DNA of 64,000 nt. Origin: Haliotis rubra. Lineage: Eukaryota. Shown piece by piece: positions 1 through 33,749 of the stretch. The stretch covers positions 496,001 through 560,000 of the forward strand of contig NW_025767132.1 in NCBI RefSeq assembly GCF_003918875.1, given 5' to 3'. The stretch's first letter is position 1. Each line of letters starts with the position of its first letter. The notes beneath the pieces are model-generated. The model ran no database searches and was not told where the DNA came from. It saw nothing but the letters and a program-made list of their open reading frames with translations. The position numbers and the translations under genes were made by a program.

Positions 1-685
1 CTAAGCACAAGTGCTCCGAGGGACCGGGATTCCCGAGCAATGTGGTGTTCAGTCACTACCTTCACAAAGTGAAAGGACGCAGCTTAGCGAGTGTAATCAG
101 TCGCATCGCCACGATTTCCAAGGTACCCCCGTAATAAAAGTCTAACGACTAGTATCGGGCCAGCCCCTGCTTCGCAAACAACCCCCACAGACACCGTCCC
201 AAGGAGGGTGAAAGGGTAATTGAATCGGAAAAACTCATTTTAACGTTCAGTACCACAACATCATCTTATGACTTCCACTACTTACCACAGTAAGATCACA
301 TAGATGTGTATAGGTACATAGGAGCATGAACGCTACGAAGTGTAACACTTCGGGAATGACTCACTTCACTGACGTAATTACTCCGTGGAGCAGAGGACAG
401 TAAGTGAGGTGGCGACCCTCCAGCGTCTCAAAAGCGAGACATGCGATGGTTAGTTCGAACCCACTGACTTACTAAGCACAAGTGCTCAAGGGACCGGGAT
501 TCCCGAGCAATGTGGTGTTCAGTCACTACCTTCACGAAAGTGAAAGGACGCAGCTTAGCGAGTGTAATCAGTCGCATTACCACGATTTCCAAGGTCTGAC
601 GACCAGTATCGGGCCAAACCCTGCTTCGAAACAACCCCCACAGACACCGTCCCGTGGAGGGTGAAAGGGTAATTGAATCGGAAAT
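1..685 (+). other. Structured non-coding module of DIRS family A, in tandem (471-bp period; second copy partial)
   Basis: ctaagcacaagtgctc recurs at 1 and 472; many hairpins; homologous to 9979-10420 with compensatory substitutions. Confidence 0.7.
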
Positions 686-3210
686 CTCACAAGTCCCTGG
701 AAGAATCGAAGACACAAATCAGAAATAAAATTCAGAATTTTATTCAGATTGTACACAAAGCAGAAATGATCGCAACTGGTGATCACCTGCGCTGAAGCTG
801 ATGGTTGTCCCGAGTGCCGAACAGGTCTACATCTGGTCGTGATAACAGGTAGATCTTTGATTGGAAGATCAGAGGCAGTTGTTTCCACTCCGTGAGTGAC
901 AGGGCATCGGCAATGGCATTCCTCATCCTGGGAATGTGTTGGGCTCTGGCCACTGTGTGGAGTGAATCGATCAGATGATAAATTCGAAACATCAACTGAA
1001 GCAGAGCTGCTGATTCTGTCGACCCCTGATGGTTTATGTACAAAATTACCATCGAAATGTCTGATTGAGTATATGAGTGAACCGTAGTTCAACTGCCCAA
1101 TGCCGAACAGCGAGAATGACAGGGCTGAATTCCAATTCGTTGTGATGAAGGGCCCTTTCTCCTGATGACCACTGCTAGGCCACTTAATGGAGAAAGTGAG
1201 CGTCCCAGCTTGAAAGATGTGTCAACGAACAGGTGTTGAGTGGGTATGAAGGGCACCATAGAGACTCCAACACAAACATTCCACTTATCCACGAAAGACT
1301 GAATGTAGTTGTGCAGGAAGACGAATCAACTCCCTGGGGTTGTCGTCCCCGATGTATGGGCACAGAAACATCTGAAGAGGGCGAAGCTGCAGCTGGCCCC
1401 TGTAAGTCAGCTTGTGCCGACGTCAACCACCCTAGTAACTTCTGCTACTGGAGAAAAGTTCTGGGTTGGACCAGCACTAGTGGTGCGTTGCACTGAATCT
1501 TGTCCCACCTCTCCTGGGGCACAAACATCATGACCTGTCGTGTTGAATATTGTCCCAATAAAAAGAAATCATCGGGTCGGTGTTACCTCCGATTTCTCCA
1601 AATTCAGCAGCCATCCTAATTGCGTGAGCAACTCGATGATGAACTGCCTGTGGAGAGGAAGGACTGGATCCTGCTGGGCTTGAACACAGTCGTCGATATA
1701 GTTCTCCAATGTCACACCTCGACAATGCAGGTAGCTTGTTATCGGATTGGGTATCTGAGTAAAAAGCCACGGGGCCGCACATATGCCCATACAGCAGGAC
1801 ACTCCATTGGTATCAATGACGCCCCTTGAAGGTAAATCGAAGATACTTCCAATAGTCTGGATGTATCCGGATGTGAAGGTAGGCGTCTCGCAGGTCGAGG
1901 GACTTGAGAGGTCTAACCACTCTTGCCTCTGACAAAAACATATCTCCTGATATAAGAACGTTCAATAAGTCGAGCAACTACGTCAGTTCTGACGGAGCGC
2001 TCAATGTAGTATGTTCGGCGCATGGAAATTGTCAGTCAATCTACAGGAACGTTCACATTGTAAACGAATTGAAGAAACTCGTACGATCGGTGACCCCAGG
2101 AACGTTTCGGTTGGCCGAACAAAATGATGGTTCGCCAGGTGGAGTGATAAAGGTAGTAGATAGCTGCCTGGTGACAGTCCTTGCATAACTGCAGTGACCT
2201 CTGAACTAAGTGCTTGAGCTAGTCAAACCGTTCACGGGTGTTTTTGTCTGTCACCCTCGATAAGCAGTCTCTCTCGACTGGCTGTCAAAATCCCGACACA
2301 ATCACTCTTACCGGGAATGGCAGCGTTCATTGTTACTAGCATTTAAAGGCTGGACTTGGTATCCGATTCGTGAATTGTTTCGGTGGGATGAAACCGTACG
2401 AAGAGGAGAACGGTTATGTTCCAACCACGCCGATCCACGATTCAATGATGAATGCTTGGATTTAGAAGTTTCCGAGGACTTTGAACGGTCCGAAGAAACG
2501 GATCTACGAGATGAAGTAGATCGCAGGTCTTGTGTAGAGGAAATATCAGTCATTACCACCCTCGCATGCCCATGAGAACTTGAGCTAGGTGAGGAAAGCG
2601 TCCCAAATGCCTTTTAACATTCTCAGACAAATAGGAATCAGAAGAAGCGTCTATAAAATCTTCTTTAGGATACACGGGAGATTTAGAACGGCGAGCAGGT
2701 AGGGTGGGGCGATGTGAATATTGTTTTTAGCGATAGATGGACCAGATCCCGCATAAGCATTCCTGGCCCTATCTGCCAAACGTCTGGCACAAGCACGTTT
2801 GTAAGCTTTAAAATCCTCATTAGACAGTCCTGAACACTTAGGACAACGTTTGTCCCAATCACAACAACCTACATAATCAACACACGATGTGTGTGGGTCC
2901 CAAGCTGAAGAAACTTTATTATGCTGAGCGCACAAGAACAGGCTTAACCATGTTGAGCAAATATCAGATGAAAAAATTTCACGTCCACTCTGTTGAGCAA
3001 CAAGAAAGAGAATGAGTATGGAAGGTGATCACGTGGGTGAGGACTGCGCATGCCACGTGCTGTCACGGCCAAGTGAGCATGGCTAAGGCAGGAAGGCATG
3101 CACAGCACGGGGACAGGGACAAGGAAGGCCTGGAGCAAAGTTTAATACGTTTCCACTCATGGTCGAATGAAGAGAGAGAGGTGCAAGTCGTGAGATAGGA
3201 TAAGTTTAAA
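1..3210 (-). mobile_element. DIRS1-type retrotransposon, family A, internally deleted (no YR in the visible part), runs off the left edge
   Basis: 5' ITR ~3001-3210 related to 15008-15230; gag Cys/His motif DPHTSC..CPKC (2651-2935); RT remnants LDLRDAYLHI and YIDD (~1530-1910); RNase H (LFVDTS, INHQGS); MT-like DLF motif (~800-830). Many frameshifts. Confidence 0.9.
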
Positions 3211-3660
3211 AATGTGTGATTGTATTTATTTTCAAAGGGATTTATCATTGGGTTATCTGCAATAATCTAAAATTAAGCTATGAAAGCCTTTTCCTTTTTG
3301 TCATGTTTATAGTTCTCAAAAAGGTCAATAGGTTAGCGTACGATTTCATTATTTTTCACTATCTGCACCGTGCAAACAAATAATATCACTGTCACTGTCA
3401 GAACAGGATTCCCTAATAGCAGACTGAGAAGGATACTCCTGACCAAAGTCACTATCTCTAGTACTGCTCCCAATACCGCATGTCTAGAGGATTATTTTTA
3501 CAGATGGTTGCTTTTCATCAATAATGTCTTCTCTCGCTTGATTGCAGTAGGCAAAATCAATTTGTTCACCATTACAAGTGACATATTACACAGTGACCAC
3601 TGACCTTCCATGAAATGTCTAAAGATAGTGTACACAATGTGAGGTTTAGTATTGATTTAT

Positions 3661-4137
3661 CATCCTCGATAATCTCCAGGACATACGTTACGATCACTCT
3701 CCACTATACCTTGGATGCATCCACGGCTTGGCCCGATGATTATTTGATTACCTCCCTTGGCTGTCTTTTTATCTAATGAGGTGTCTACACTGGGAAGTTG
3801 AGCGAACCAATCACAACTCAATTTTGCTCCATAAATTATCTAACCGTTTAAACTTGGCAACACAATTGATGCACAGGTACTCTGAAAGAGGAAGGAGTTC
3901 TTTCATATATTTTTTTAAAGATTCAGATCTGTCAATTTGTCTGTATTATTTCCCCCAAAATTTGAGTGGCACTGCGAACAAACCCCGCGACTGCGACCGC
4001 TATCTCTGTTGACACTGGCAAGCTCGGATGTAACGGCGGCTTCGCTGATTGGCTACTGTGAGGATACGGAGCCGTGGATGCATCCAGGGTATAGTGGAGA
4101 GTGATCGTAACGTATACCCTGGAGATTATCGAGGATG
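3661..4137. mobile_element. MITE with 9-bp TSD (Mutator-like)
   Basis: ~67-bp TIRs (catcctcgataatctccagg.../...cctggagattatcgaggatg); TSD ttgatttat at 3652-3660 and 4138-4146. Confidence 0.85.
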
Positions 4138-4210
4138 TTGATTTATGGGCACAAAAAAGACTGGTTTAACTTCCAGTAACCAATTCTCTTCATACACATG
4201 ATAGGAAAAC

Positions 4211-4377
4211 TGACTGACTGACTGAGTTTAGTTTTACGCCGCTTTTAGCAATATTCCAGCAACATCACGGCAGGGGACACCAGAAATGGGCTTAACACAT
4301 TGTGCCCATGTGGGGAATCGAACCCGGGTCTTGGCGTGACGAGCCAACGCTTTAACCACTAGGCTACCCCACCGCCC
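4211..4377 (-). mobile_element. tRNA-derived SINE (family 1)
   Basis: A box (tagcctagtgg) and B box (ggttcgattcc) on the minus strand, (TCAG)n-type tail, 12-bp TSD tgataggaaaac; homologous to the copies at 6097 and 39461. Confidence 0.9.
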
Positions 4378-4669
4378 TGATAGGAAAACACTTATTTATA
4401 CCAATTTATACCAATGAAACTGATGGAATGTACTTGTGGTGGAAAATGTTTAATGCACTGTGTGCAGCCTGACAATAAAAGCTACCTACACTAGCAATAT
4501 TGTACCCGCACTGGTGCAGCCTGGATATCAATCAATATAGAAATCAATCCCTGTAGCTATTACTATAAATTAGGAATTGTAATTGGAAACGTAATAATTC
4601 CAATTTGGGATTTTTGATGGATATTTCCTTTGGATTGAACATATTACTATATGTTTAGTTCTCCAGCTA

Positions 4670-25761
<21,092 letters not shown>

Positions 25762-25867
25762 TTATTGACAGATCGTACGCTTTTGGACGTGTTTCAACGA
25801 GCCATTTCTACCGCCACAAGAAAATTTCTTGAGTACGCATGCGTGTTGTGTATTTTTAGCAGACGGT

Positions 25868-25880
25868 TACTTCCGGGAAC
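25868..25880 (-). promoter_or_regulatory. ETS-type motif CCGGAAGT upstream of the EML start codon
   Basis: acttccgg lies ~125 bp upstream of the ATG in a CpG-richer stretch; motif match only. Confidence 0.3.
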
Positions 25881-26094
25881 CTGTTCAGTTGTAAACTATT
25901 TACCTAACACTCGCCTTTCTTTTACATCTCTTGGGTCAGTAGTCTAGTGACAATGTGTTAAACTATAAACAGTCTCCGAATTGCACAAACCTACACCGAA
26001 ATATGAAACTCTAACCATAATCGGTTGCCTGAAATCTTGATGATAAAAGTCCATTATGAAATATTTATCTTGTAATATTCGACAATTTTAACTG

Positions 26095-26268
26095 AGGGAT
26101 AGTATAATTTATGGCTAGAGGGGGTGCTGATGGTTTTTATGGAGAATTGCTGAACCCACCTAGTACGAGTGTACAAAATTGCTGACCCCCTAGCTCTCCA
26201 GAACAAAAAGGGTGATAAGACTACACACCCCCGCCCCCACCCCTAGTCATAAATTATTAACGGTCCCT
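26095..26268. mobile_element. Short MITE-like inverted-repeat element
   Basis: agggatagtataatttatggctag / ctagtcataaattattaacggtccct; a related end lies near 28235-28258. Confidence 0.55.
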
Positions 26269-26699
26269 TACCCTTACTTCTTTTACATCATTTCCAGCTG
26301 TTCATTCACTAACGGACAGTCAGGCAACGTTTAGTATAATCTATGTTCCAAGTATGTGTCCTCAAATACGTAGGAAACGCAACTGGTGTAAACAAATATT
26401 TCATTTTAACCTAAATTTCCATATTTGTTTTGAGGACAGAAGTCATACCATTAGCAATGAGAAGTGAGAATCCATTCTGCTGAAGCAGACCGAACAAGGC
26501 TTTATCACCTCGTTGGAGAAAAGAGTTGATATAACACTAGATCACGCACACGTACATAGACACATAAATACACAAGTAAATACAATATAAACATATGTAT
26601 ATCTTCATTAAGACTTTATATGTGTTGTCAGACAAATGCAACATGTGCGTTACACAGCAGTGATTAAAACAGAAGAAAAGGGGTGGATATGTAACATTG

Positions 26700-27340
26700 C
26701 TGCAGATATATCTTGAAATGAATTAAAGATATCTCAAACAGAGATGGTGTACTGAGAAATTACTGATATCTTAAATTGTTTTCAAAGTTATCTAGAATTG
26801 AATTGAGGACATCTTGAAATGGAATTAAAGATATCTCAAATAGAGATAATTTTGCCGTTCTTTACTGGTACTTGTGTCATAGATAGCAATCATTGTTTTA
26901 AAGATATCTTTAAAATCGTTAGATATCTGTAACGACCAGGATTGAAGATAACTATGATTGAATTAAAGATATCTGTAACCGAGTTAAATATATCTGTAAT
27001 GCGTTTGTGAAAATGTATAATTGTTTTCAAGATATATCGAATTGAATTGAAGATATCTTAAATTAATTTCTGATATAATTATGTACATTATGATAGTAAT
27101 TGTTTTATTATATCTTAAAGACATTTAGAGATATCACGAAATATTTTATTGATATTTCAGAACCATTTTAAGACTAAGTAATTCTATTTCGGATATCATC
27201 ATAAATAAATTAAAGATATCTCCAATCATTTACCGGTATCTTAAAAACATTATTGATGTCTTTGCATAGAATACAGATATCTTTTAAGCAATAAGAGAGA
27301 TCTTTAATGTCTTAATAAATGTGAAAACGGCTTGCCATGA
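26700..27340. repeat. Degenerate AAGATATCT-motif repeat tract
   Basis: The motif agatatc recurs at short intervals throughout; probably the interior of a non-autonomous DNA element. Confidence 0.6.
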
Positions 27341-27503
27341 GAGCGTTCACACACCACGTGAAGTGACATGATTGAAATAGTACCGCAACAGCCCGAAGTC
27401 CAAACTCACAAAGAGAGTTTAAGTTGGAACAAGTGTCTGTCGCTATAACGGTCCGATGGATGGATAGATTGAACACCCACCCGTATGAACCTGTCCTGAT
27501 CTG

Positions 27504-27858
27504 AGACCGCCTCCGTGGTGTAGTGGTTAGAGCGTCCGCCCGGAGAGCGGAAGGTCGCGGGTTCGATCCCCGACCGCGTCATACCAAAAGACGTTAAAAT
27601 AGGGTACTTGTTGGTCCCGGTCTGGCGCTCGGCATTAATGGGTACAACAAGGACTGGTCGGCTCGGAGTCAGTACAATGTGTCTGAGTGGGGTATTCATG
27701 CTTCACTGCGGCATGGTATCTCAGTGGGTTAGCACTATAAAACCAGCTTAAGTCTGGGCTAGTACAAGCAGCCGCACATACACATACACACGCATGCACG
27801 TCGTCATATGAGCGAAATATTCTCAAGCACGACGTTAAACCCATCTTAACCTCACCTC
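27504..27858 (+). mobile_element. tRNA-derived SINE (family 2), full length
   Basis: A box tggtgtagtgg, B box ggttcgatccc, ~280-nt body, (CCTCA)n tail, perfect 15-bp TSD acctgtcctgatctg (27489-27503, 27859-27873). Confidence 0.9.
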
Positions 27859-28727
27859 ACCTGTCCTGATCTGCAGTTGTGATCACCTCACCCTTTTCAT
27901 ACCCAACATCCCACACTCTATGTGTGTGGTTGGTGATGATGATGATTTTAAGGGTGTGTGTGTGTGTGTGTGTGTCACCCATTTTGTTCTGGGGAGATGG
28001 GGGTATCAGTTTTGTACACATGTACTGGGGGTGTTTCAGCAATTTTGTACATACATTTATTAAAACATTATGCTTAGAAATTATTGGAAGGGGAAGGGGG
28101 GGGGGATCATTGATTTTGTACATGGTATGCAAGGGGGGTCACTTACTTTGTACTTAAACTTTAGGGGGGTCATTCACATTGTACATGTTTCTGCATAAAA
28201 ATCATCATCACACACACACCCCACCCCCACCTCCTTGCCATAAATTATGAACGGTCCGTGAGAATTTCGAAAAATCCGTTATAAATATCAATAAATCACC
28301 AGAGGATGCGTTTGTTATCCAATCAGAAAACACTGTAAAGTACCAGTTGTGAACTCTATTCGACATTTTAGACGAAAGATGCAGAATTATCATAAAGACG
28401 TTTCTGGTTTGGGAAGAACATACATGATTGGGCTAAAATAATCTGTAAAATTTGCTTTTTAAACCATGCTAAGAGTCACCGAAGTCATTACTCATCATGT
28501 TTGTCTTTAATGCGTGTGTGATAAATACCTTGCAGTTTGCTGGAAAGGAACAATGTCGTGAAAAACAGTTCGATCACATCCGTTCATCTGAGAGCCACAC
28601 GAGGACATTAACGTGTAATGGTAGTCGGCAGGAAAGTATAACGATGCGAATACGGACATGTAAACAGCAGGCACGCTAAGTCTCAGGCTTTCTATTCCTA
28701 TTTACCGAACGGTGTCACTGAATAGAA

Positions 28728-29757
28728 ATGGCAGATTTTGCAGCCCTTATTACAGAGGCCAAAGTGGAAGATTTGCACAGAGTTTATAGAAATGCCAAGA
28801 ACGCTTTCCTTTGCTTTACGAGACTCGCTGACCTGAGTTGGGTTGTGTCGGTAACCGATGGTGTAGATGTGTGGAGACTGGAGCTCGACTATGACGAGTT
28901 AGATTCACACAGAGATCTAAGCGGTGTTAACAGTATGAGTGCCTTCCTCACTAAATTTAGGTAAAGAATAGTGAAAAATGTGATATTCCAAGTCGGAGTA
29001 CGACTGTGCGGGTACTATGGGGCCGGTTGTAACTGTTCAGTGTCAAAATGGCCAATATGAACGGCCCAGTACAATATTTCAAAAGGACAACGATAGATAA
29101 TGAAAGGAATTAAAGTTTTAGTATTTCTCCCATTATTTTAAGAGTTCTGGTTCACATTTATGAAATATCATGAATTATTTACGATGTACTTTCTAAGAAT
29201 TTAGTTTTCAAAATATTGATCTAAAGTCTTTTTTCATAGATCATCATCCTATCCATAGATAATTAACTTCCCTGCATTCAACAGTACATCTATTCAGAAA
29301 TATCCAGCATCCAGCTTAACTGCCACTCTGATAAAGTTTCATGGTGAGTTTATTCATCAATGATGCATGTATTTTCAGGGATGGGTTTGCATCGGGTAAT
29401 CTGTCTGTTTCAAGAAGTGGCACTAAGGTGACACTGACAGTTGGAACTGGAGCTTCAGCCTTCACCTTTGACCTCTATGAAGCCAAGGCAGCAGATAAAA
29501 AGACTGAACTCCAGACAGTTTTGTTCCGTTTGGCTGACCAAGCAACTGACCTTAATACTAAACTAAATGCTGCAAATGTTCAAATTACAAATCTTAAAGC
29601 ACAGAAGAAAGCAGGTGGTGATAGGAGTGCTCTGTTTGATCTTGGACCCAAGAAAGGAGCAAATCCAGCAAAGGCAAAGCCGAAGAAAACAGGCATGAGT
29701 GTGTTAAACCCATCCAGTCGGAAACGAAGAGCTGCAAAAGGAGTTGAATTTGATTAA
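28728..29757 (+). CDS. PAXX: PAXX (paralog of XRCC4 and XLF), NHEJ factor, 203 aa
   Basis: Exons 28728-28960 and 29379-29757 join in frame (AG|G). XRCC4-like head (FLCF...VSVTDGVDVW), a coiled coil, and a C-terminus GMSVLNPSSRKRRAAKGVEFD matching the PAXX Ku-binding tail pattern (SLINP..K.K..A.GVDFD). Confidence 0.88.
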
Positions 29758-30691
29758 GAGCTTTAAGAAGTATCTATAGTTTGCAATTTTAAAGTCATGG
29801 ATGTGCTCTAAATGTCATAATGGGTTTAAGAATGAAAGGCTGGGACAGGTTCTCGAGTTGAGTGAGTACTTTCAGTGATTCAATTTTATGTTGCAAATCC
29901 CATCATATTACTTAACATGTCAGGGGAAATAATCCTTCATCAACTTTTTCTGCAATCCTTGACTGACAAGCAACTCTCCTGGACAGAGGAAAACCTGGTT
30001 GTGTGATGTATATTAGGATGTATATCCTAAGATAGCCTTGCATACTGTTTGACAAATCATTCTTGTACATGCAGAAGTATAACAAATGTTACCAGAAGAA
30101 TTGGTTCTTCCTTAAGGAATAATATTGTCTATCATTCATAATTTCCTACAGCAGCAGCATTTGCATTCATTTCTATTAAATCACATACTAATCATTACTG
30201 AGAATCAGAATGATAGAGACACTTGATTGTATTGCATACCACTATTAAAAGATTTATATTTCATTCTGTGAGTGTTTCATGAAGTTTGGTTCCCAGTAAT
30301 AACTTTGCAGCAGCAATCAAGGGCATACCAGAACTTTGCTTGACTTGTGTATCTATATTTTAAGAGGTACACTCTATAATGAAAATCCATTATCATTGAT
30401 GGACTCCCAATTTTGGAAATGGACTCTAAAAAAATATGCCCCACATCCCCTGGACTCCCAGTTTCGAAGAGCTGTGTAAAACCCTGAAAAAGTTTCGCCT
30501 GTTTGGTCATACTATATGGGCATAGAGTCAATCATCAATACTAAATGTTAAATAAATATACTGGCAGCAAGCATTTTCAGAATCATCCTAATACCAGAGT
30601 TGACACAGAGCCGATAGATTGTACATAATGACAACATTAGCAAGCATTGTAAAGGATTTACTGAATCTGTACTTTATTATGTGTGTGATAA

Positions 30692-31005
30692 GGACAAATA
30701 AAAAAATGTTGTGGTTCCGATTACTCTTCTTTAAAATTTAGGGTAGGTAGGTAGGAATTTCTTTTGACATAATGTTTTTAGAAGTAAAGTACAAACTAAT
30801 AACACATTTATCAATGATTTAATCAAGCTTGCGGCCATCATGTCGACTTTCTCTATCAGAATGACCGATGTCTGTCTGTGCCGGGCAAAAAACAATGGTA
30901 TCTGAAAGCTTATTTTATTCATACTGCTTGAAAAAAATAGGGTCGGCACCAGAATTCAAGGGTCGGTCGGGTAATCGGAACCACAACATTTTTTTTTTTT
31001 AGGCC
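30692..31005. mobile_element. MITE with TAA TSD (PIF/Harbinger-like)
   Basis: TIR core aaaaaaatgttgtggttccgattac / gtaatcggaaccacaacattttttt; taa on both sides. Confidence 0.7.
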
Positions 31006-31409
31006 TAAGGCCCTGGTCAAATGTACATTGAGCCTCTAGCTACCAAAAACCTTGTCTATTGACCACGTAATTACTAATACTAACTAGTAGGACTGAGCAC
31101 AGAGCAGACATTTACCTCATTCATCAGCTTCTTTATTCAGCATGAATGGAGGCCATCAGCCCATACAGATTTAGTTACAATGTGGCTAACTATCAGTCTT
31201 TGAATTACTCATTAACACTATTATTTCTTAATGGCAATGTACAACAATACAAACATTGCCAAATATATATACTGTTCAATCTTATCACGAAATGCTAGTA
31301 AATTACACTTCTGAGAAGTGGAATGCTCGGTTTTCTTCTGAGGAGTTTATGCAGATCTGCCCAAGCTTCATAAACCAGCAAAAAGTGCTCATTTAAATGA
31401 TAAACACCA

Positions 31410-31745
31410 TATACTTCTCACTTACTTAAATCAACTTTTCTAAATTAAATTTTGCAAAATATGCTATGCTGTTCAAAGTTATTGTTTACACATGAACTGA
31501 TGTATTGTAAAACACATTCGTAATGTTGACAAGATTATTGTCATGAGTTCAGTAAATGATGAAAATCAGTGAAAATTGGCAAATTCTTAACAAAACTTTA
31601 CACCACAACGCAGCTGTTCACATGCACGATATTTACACATGCTTTTCAGCAACATGATGCATGATCCTAGTGCAATTCAGCTGCATAAAGTTTGCAGTTG
31701 GTTCCCCCAAGTTAGTGGAAATCAATCTTCGATGTAACCATATAT
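31410..31745. repeat. Dispersed repeat, copy 2
   Basis: Aligns to ~20220-20570 (e.g. atgaactgatgtattgtaaaaca, cagtgaaaattggcaaatt, acgcagctgttca). Confidence 0.8.
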
Positions 31746-31746
31746 A

Positions 31747-32715
31747 TACTGGCCACATAAAGAAACTGTGCACACAGAAAATATAAAGATGGGCAGACAG
31801 CGTCTTTATACATAAATAAAGGTGTGAACATAGCAAGTATTGGAGACAATCAAACGCTCATGCAGGTGCCAGGCGACGTGACGTCATTGATGGTGGCCTA
31901 TAGACTTACAATGTGTTACTGCACGTGCAGACTGTGCAGCTGCACACATGTGAAACTCAGAAATTGCTGTCACTGTCGAAAGCTTGATCTTTGGTGATTC
32001 AAACGTTCACAAATTCACATGAGAAGTCACATGCACATCATTCCAAGATTAACATCTGCTCAACGTCATGAAACCATTGGAATGGTTCGAGCAGGCATGA
32101 GCAAGCATGAGCCAAAAACAGGTGGCAGCACATTTCCAATGCCATCGTAACACGATATTTGCATTGGTCAGGCGTTATGGAAACAGTAACGACGTCGCCG
32201 ACCACCCACGTTCTGGGCGTCTCCGAGTAACGAGGCCAAGACAGGACAGATGGATTCGGGTGACTCATCTCAGACACAGGTTCCAGACGGCAGTGACCAC
32301 GTCCCAAACCATTCCCCAGGCCTTCAATGCTCATTTAGTAGCCTATATGCTGTCGACGATGCATTGCTGTGCTTCACGCGCATGATCAAAGTGTTCTGCC
32401 AGTCACTGTGATTCCATCGCACACCAGTACTCAGCCACCCCCAAAACAATCGTTCTGTCTGAAAACCATGAAACACCATGACAACGCTCATCTCTCCTAC
32501 CCTACACTCTGTTGCGCCAGTCAACGATGTCCATAACATACTGGTAATGTTTGCCCAACGACGATTGGTCCAGCGCTGGCGCTCTTGACACTAACGGCAT
32601 TTTGAAGCAACATGACTGTCCGTCAATCGCGGGATAACACGCAGACGTAAGGCATCCATGTACATTCTGCGTAGCTGATTACGAATCGTCTATCCACTCA
32701 CTCTAACATCTGTTT
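31747..32715 (+). mobile_element. Rearranged Tc1-like transposon relic
   Basis: HTH region MSQKQVAAHFQCHRNTI...PRSGRLRVT..QDRWI on plus (32107-32320); a decayed DDE-region fragment appears inverted at ~32330-32700. Confidence 0.7.
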
Positions 32716-32718
32716 TCT

Positions 32719-33670
32719 TACGGAAGCGCTGAAGGGACCTGGTGAAATAAAATTTATCTTGAGGGCACGAGTTGGTATGTTGAGCGCACAAGTTAGTATG
32801 TTGAGCGGATAAGTTAGTATGTTGAGCGGATAAGTTAGTATGTTGAGCGGATAAGTTAGTATGTTGAGCGGATAAGTTAGTATGTTGAGCGCACAAGTTA
32901 GTATGTTGAGCGCACAAGTTAGTATATTGAGCGGATAAGTTAGTATGTTGAGTGCACAAGTTAGTATGTTGAGCGCACAAGTTAGTATATTGAGCGGATA
33001 AGTTAGTATGTTGAGCGGATAAGTTAGTATGTTGAGCGCACAAGTTAGTATAATGACATTAATAGAACGCGCGTTTGCTAAAACTTTGCACAAACTTATA
33101 TCCTTTTTGGAAGATTTCAAAAGATGCAAAGTCGGACTTAAGTAGGTCCTTATGACGAGACTATGTAATGAGAACACTGATAATGTTTATGTAAACGTTC
33201 ATCGTCTTTATGCTTGTAAATACTATTCTTTGTAACTGATTTTACCACTTTTTGCTTTATTACAGAAAGCAGGCACAAGTTTGCGTAATGTCAATAAGAA
33301 TTAAAACATAAACATGAGTAGGAGTTTATTGCAGGGATGAATAGTGGTTTACCGACTTCTAGTATTGGTACAAAGTATCATGAACACTAGCGTAAAGCTT
33401 GGATAACTTGTTTTGTGCTACGGCTTTATTATGTATATATAGCATTACATTACCATGAAAAATGTAAACATTGAGTGTTATACTTAATTATAAAACTGAT
33501 GTCTTATGTACTGGAAGTAAAGTCGACCTCTTTCAGGGAACTATATAGTCTGTAGTCTTAATTGCATGTATCAGTTACTGTTTCCTAAAGTGGGTACGAT
33601 GGCGGTTTAACTCTGAACAACATCATATAAAACCCGTCTGCTTTATTTGAACCATTAGTATATGTGCACA
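32719..33670 (+). mobile_element. Truncated copy of the IS3EU-like element with a 21-bp tandem array
   Basis: Begins tacggaagcgctgaagggacc; ~14 units of ttgagcgcacaagttagtatg (32759-33050); the rest aligns to 38580-39125. Confidence 0.8.
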
Positions 33671-33749
33671 TATAGTGAGTAGTGAGTATGTTTATTCGTA
33701 TTAAAGGTCATACGACCCATTGTACATATTCATTAAACATTCAAAGCAA

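Noticed and set aside
110-165. Resemblance of CCCGTAA..GTCTAACGAC..CGGGCC to the GIR1 lariat-capping or group I core, and of GGAAAGCTC / GGGAAGGACTC to RNase P CR-I
   Set aside because: I could not find the matching P7 3' strand or CR-V, and the comparison was from memory; an Infernal search is needed before naming a ribozyme class.
27506-27580. tRNA gene
   Set aside because: The tRNA-like head runs into a SINE body with a repeat tail and a 15-bp TSD.
32690-33177. Repetitive ORFs (AQHTNLS)n and similar ORFs at 38304-38661; possible CRISPR
   Set aside because: They are translations of a 21-bp tandem array inside a DNA transposon, with no unique spacers and no cas genes.
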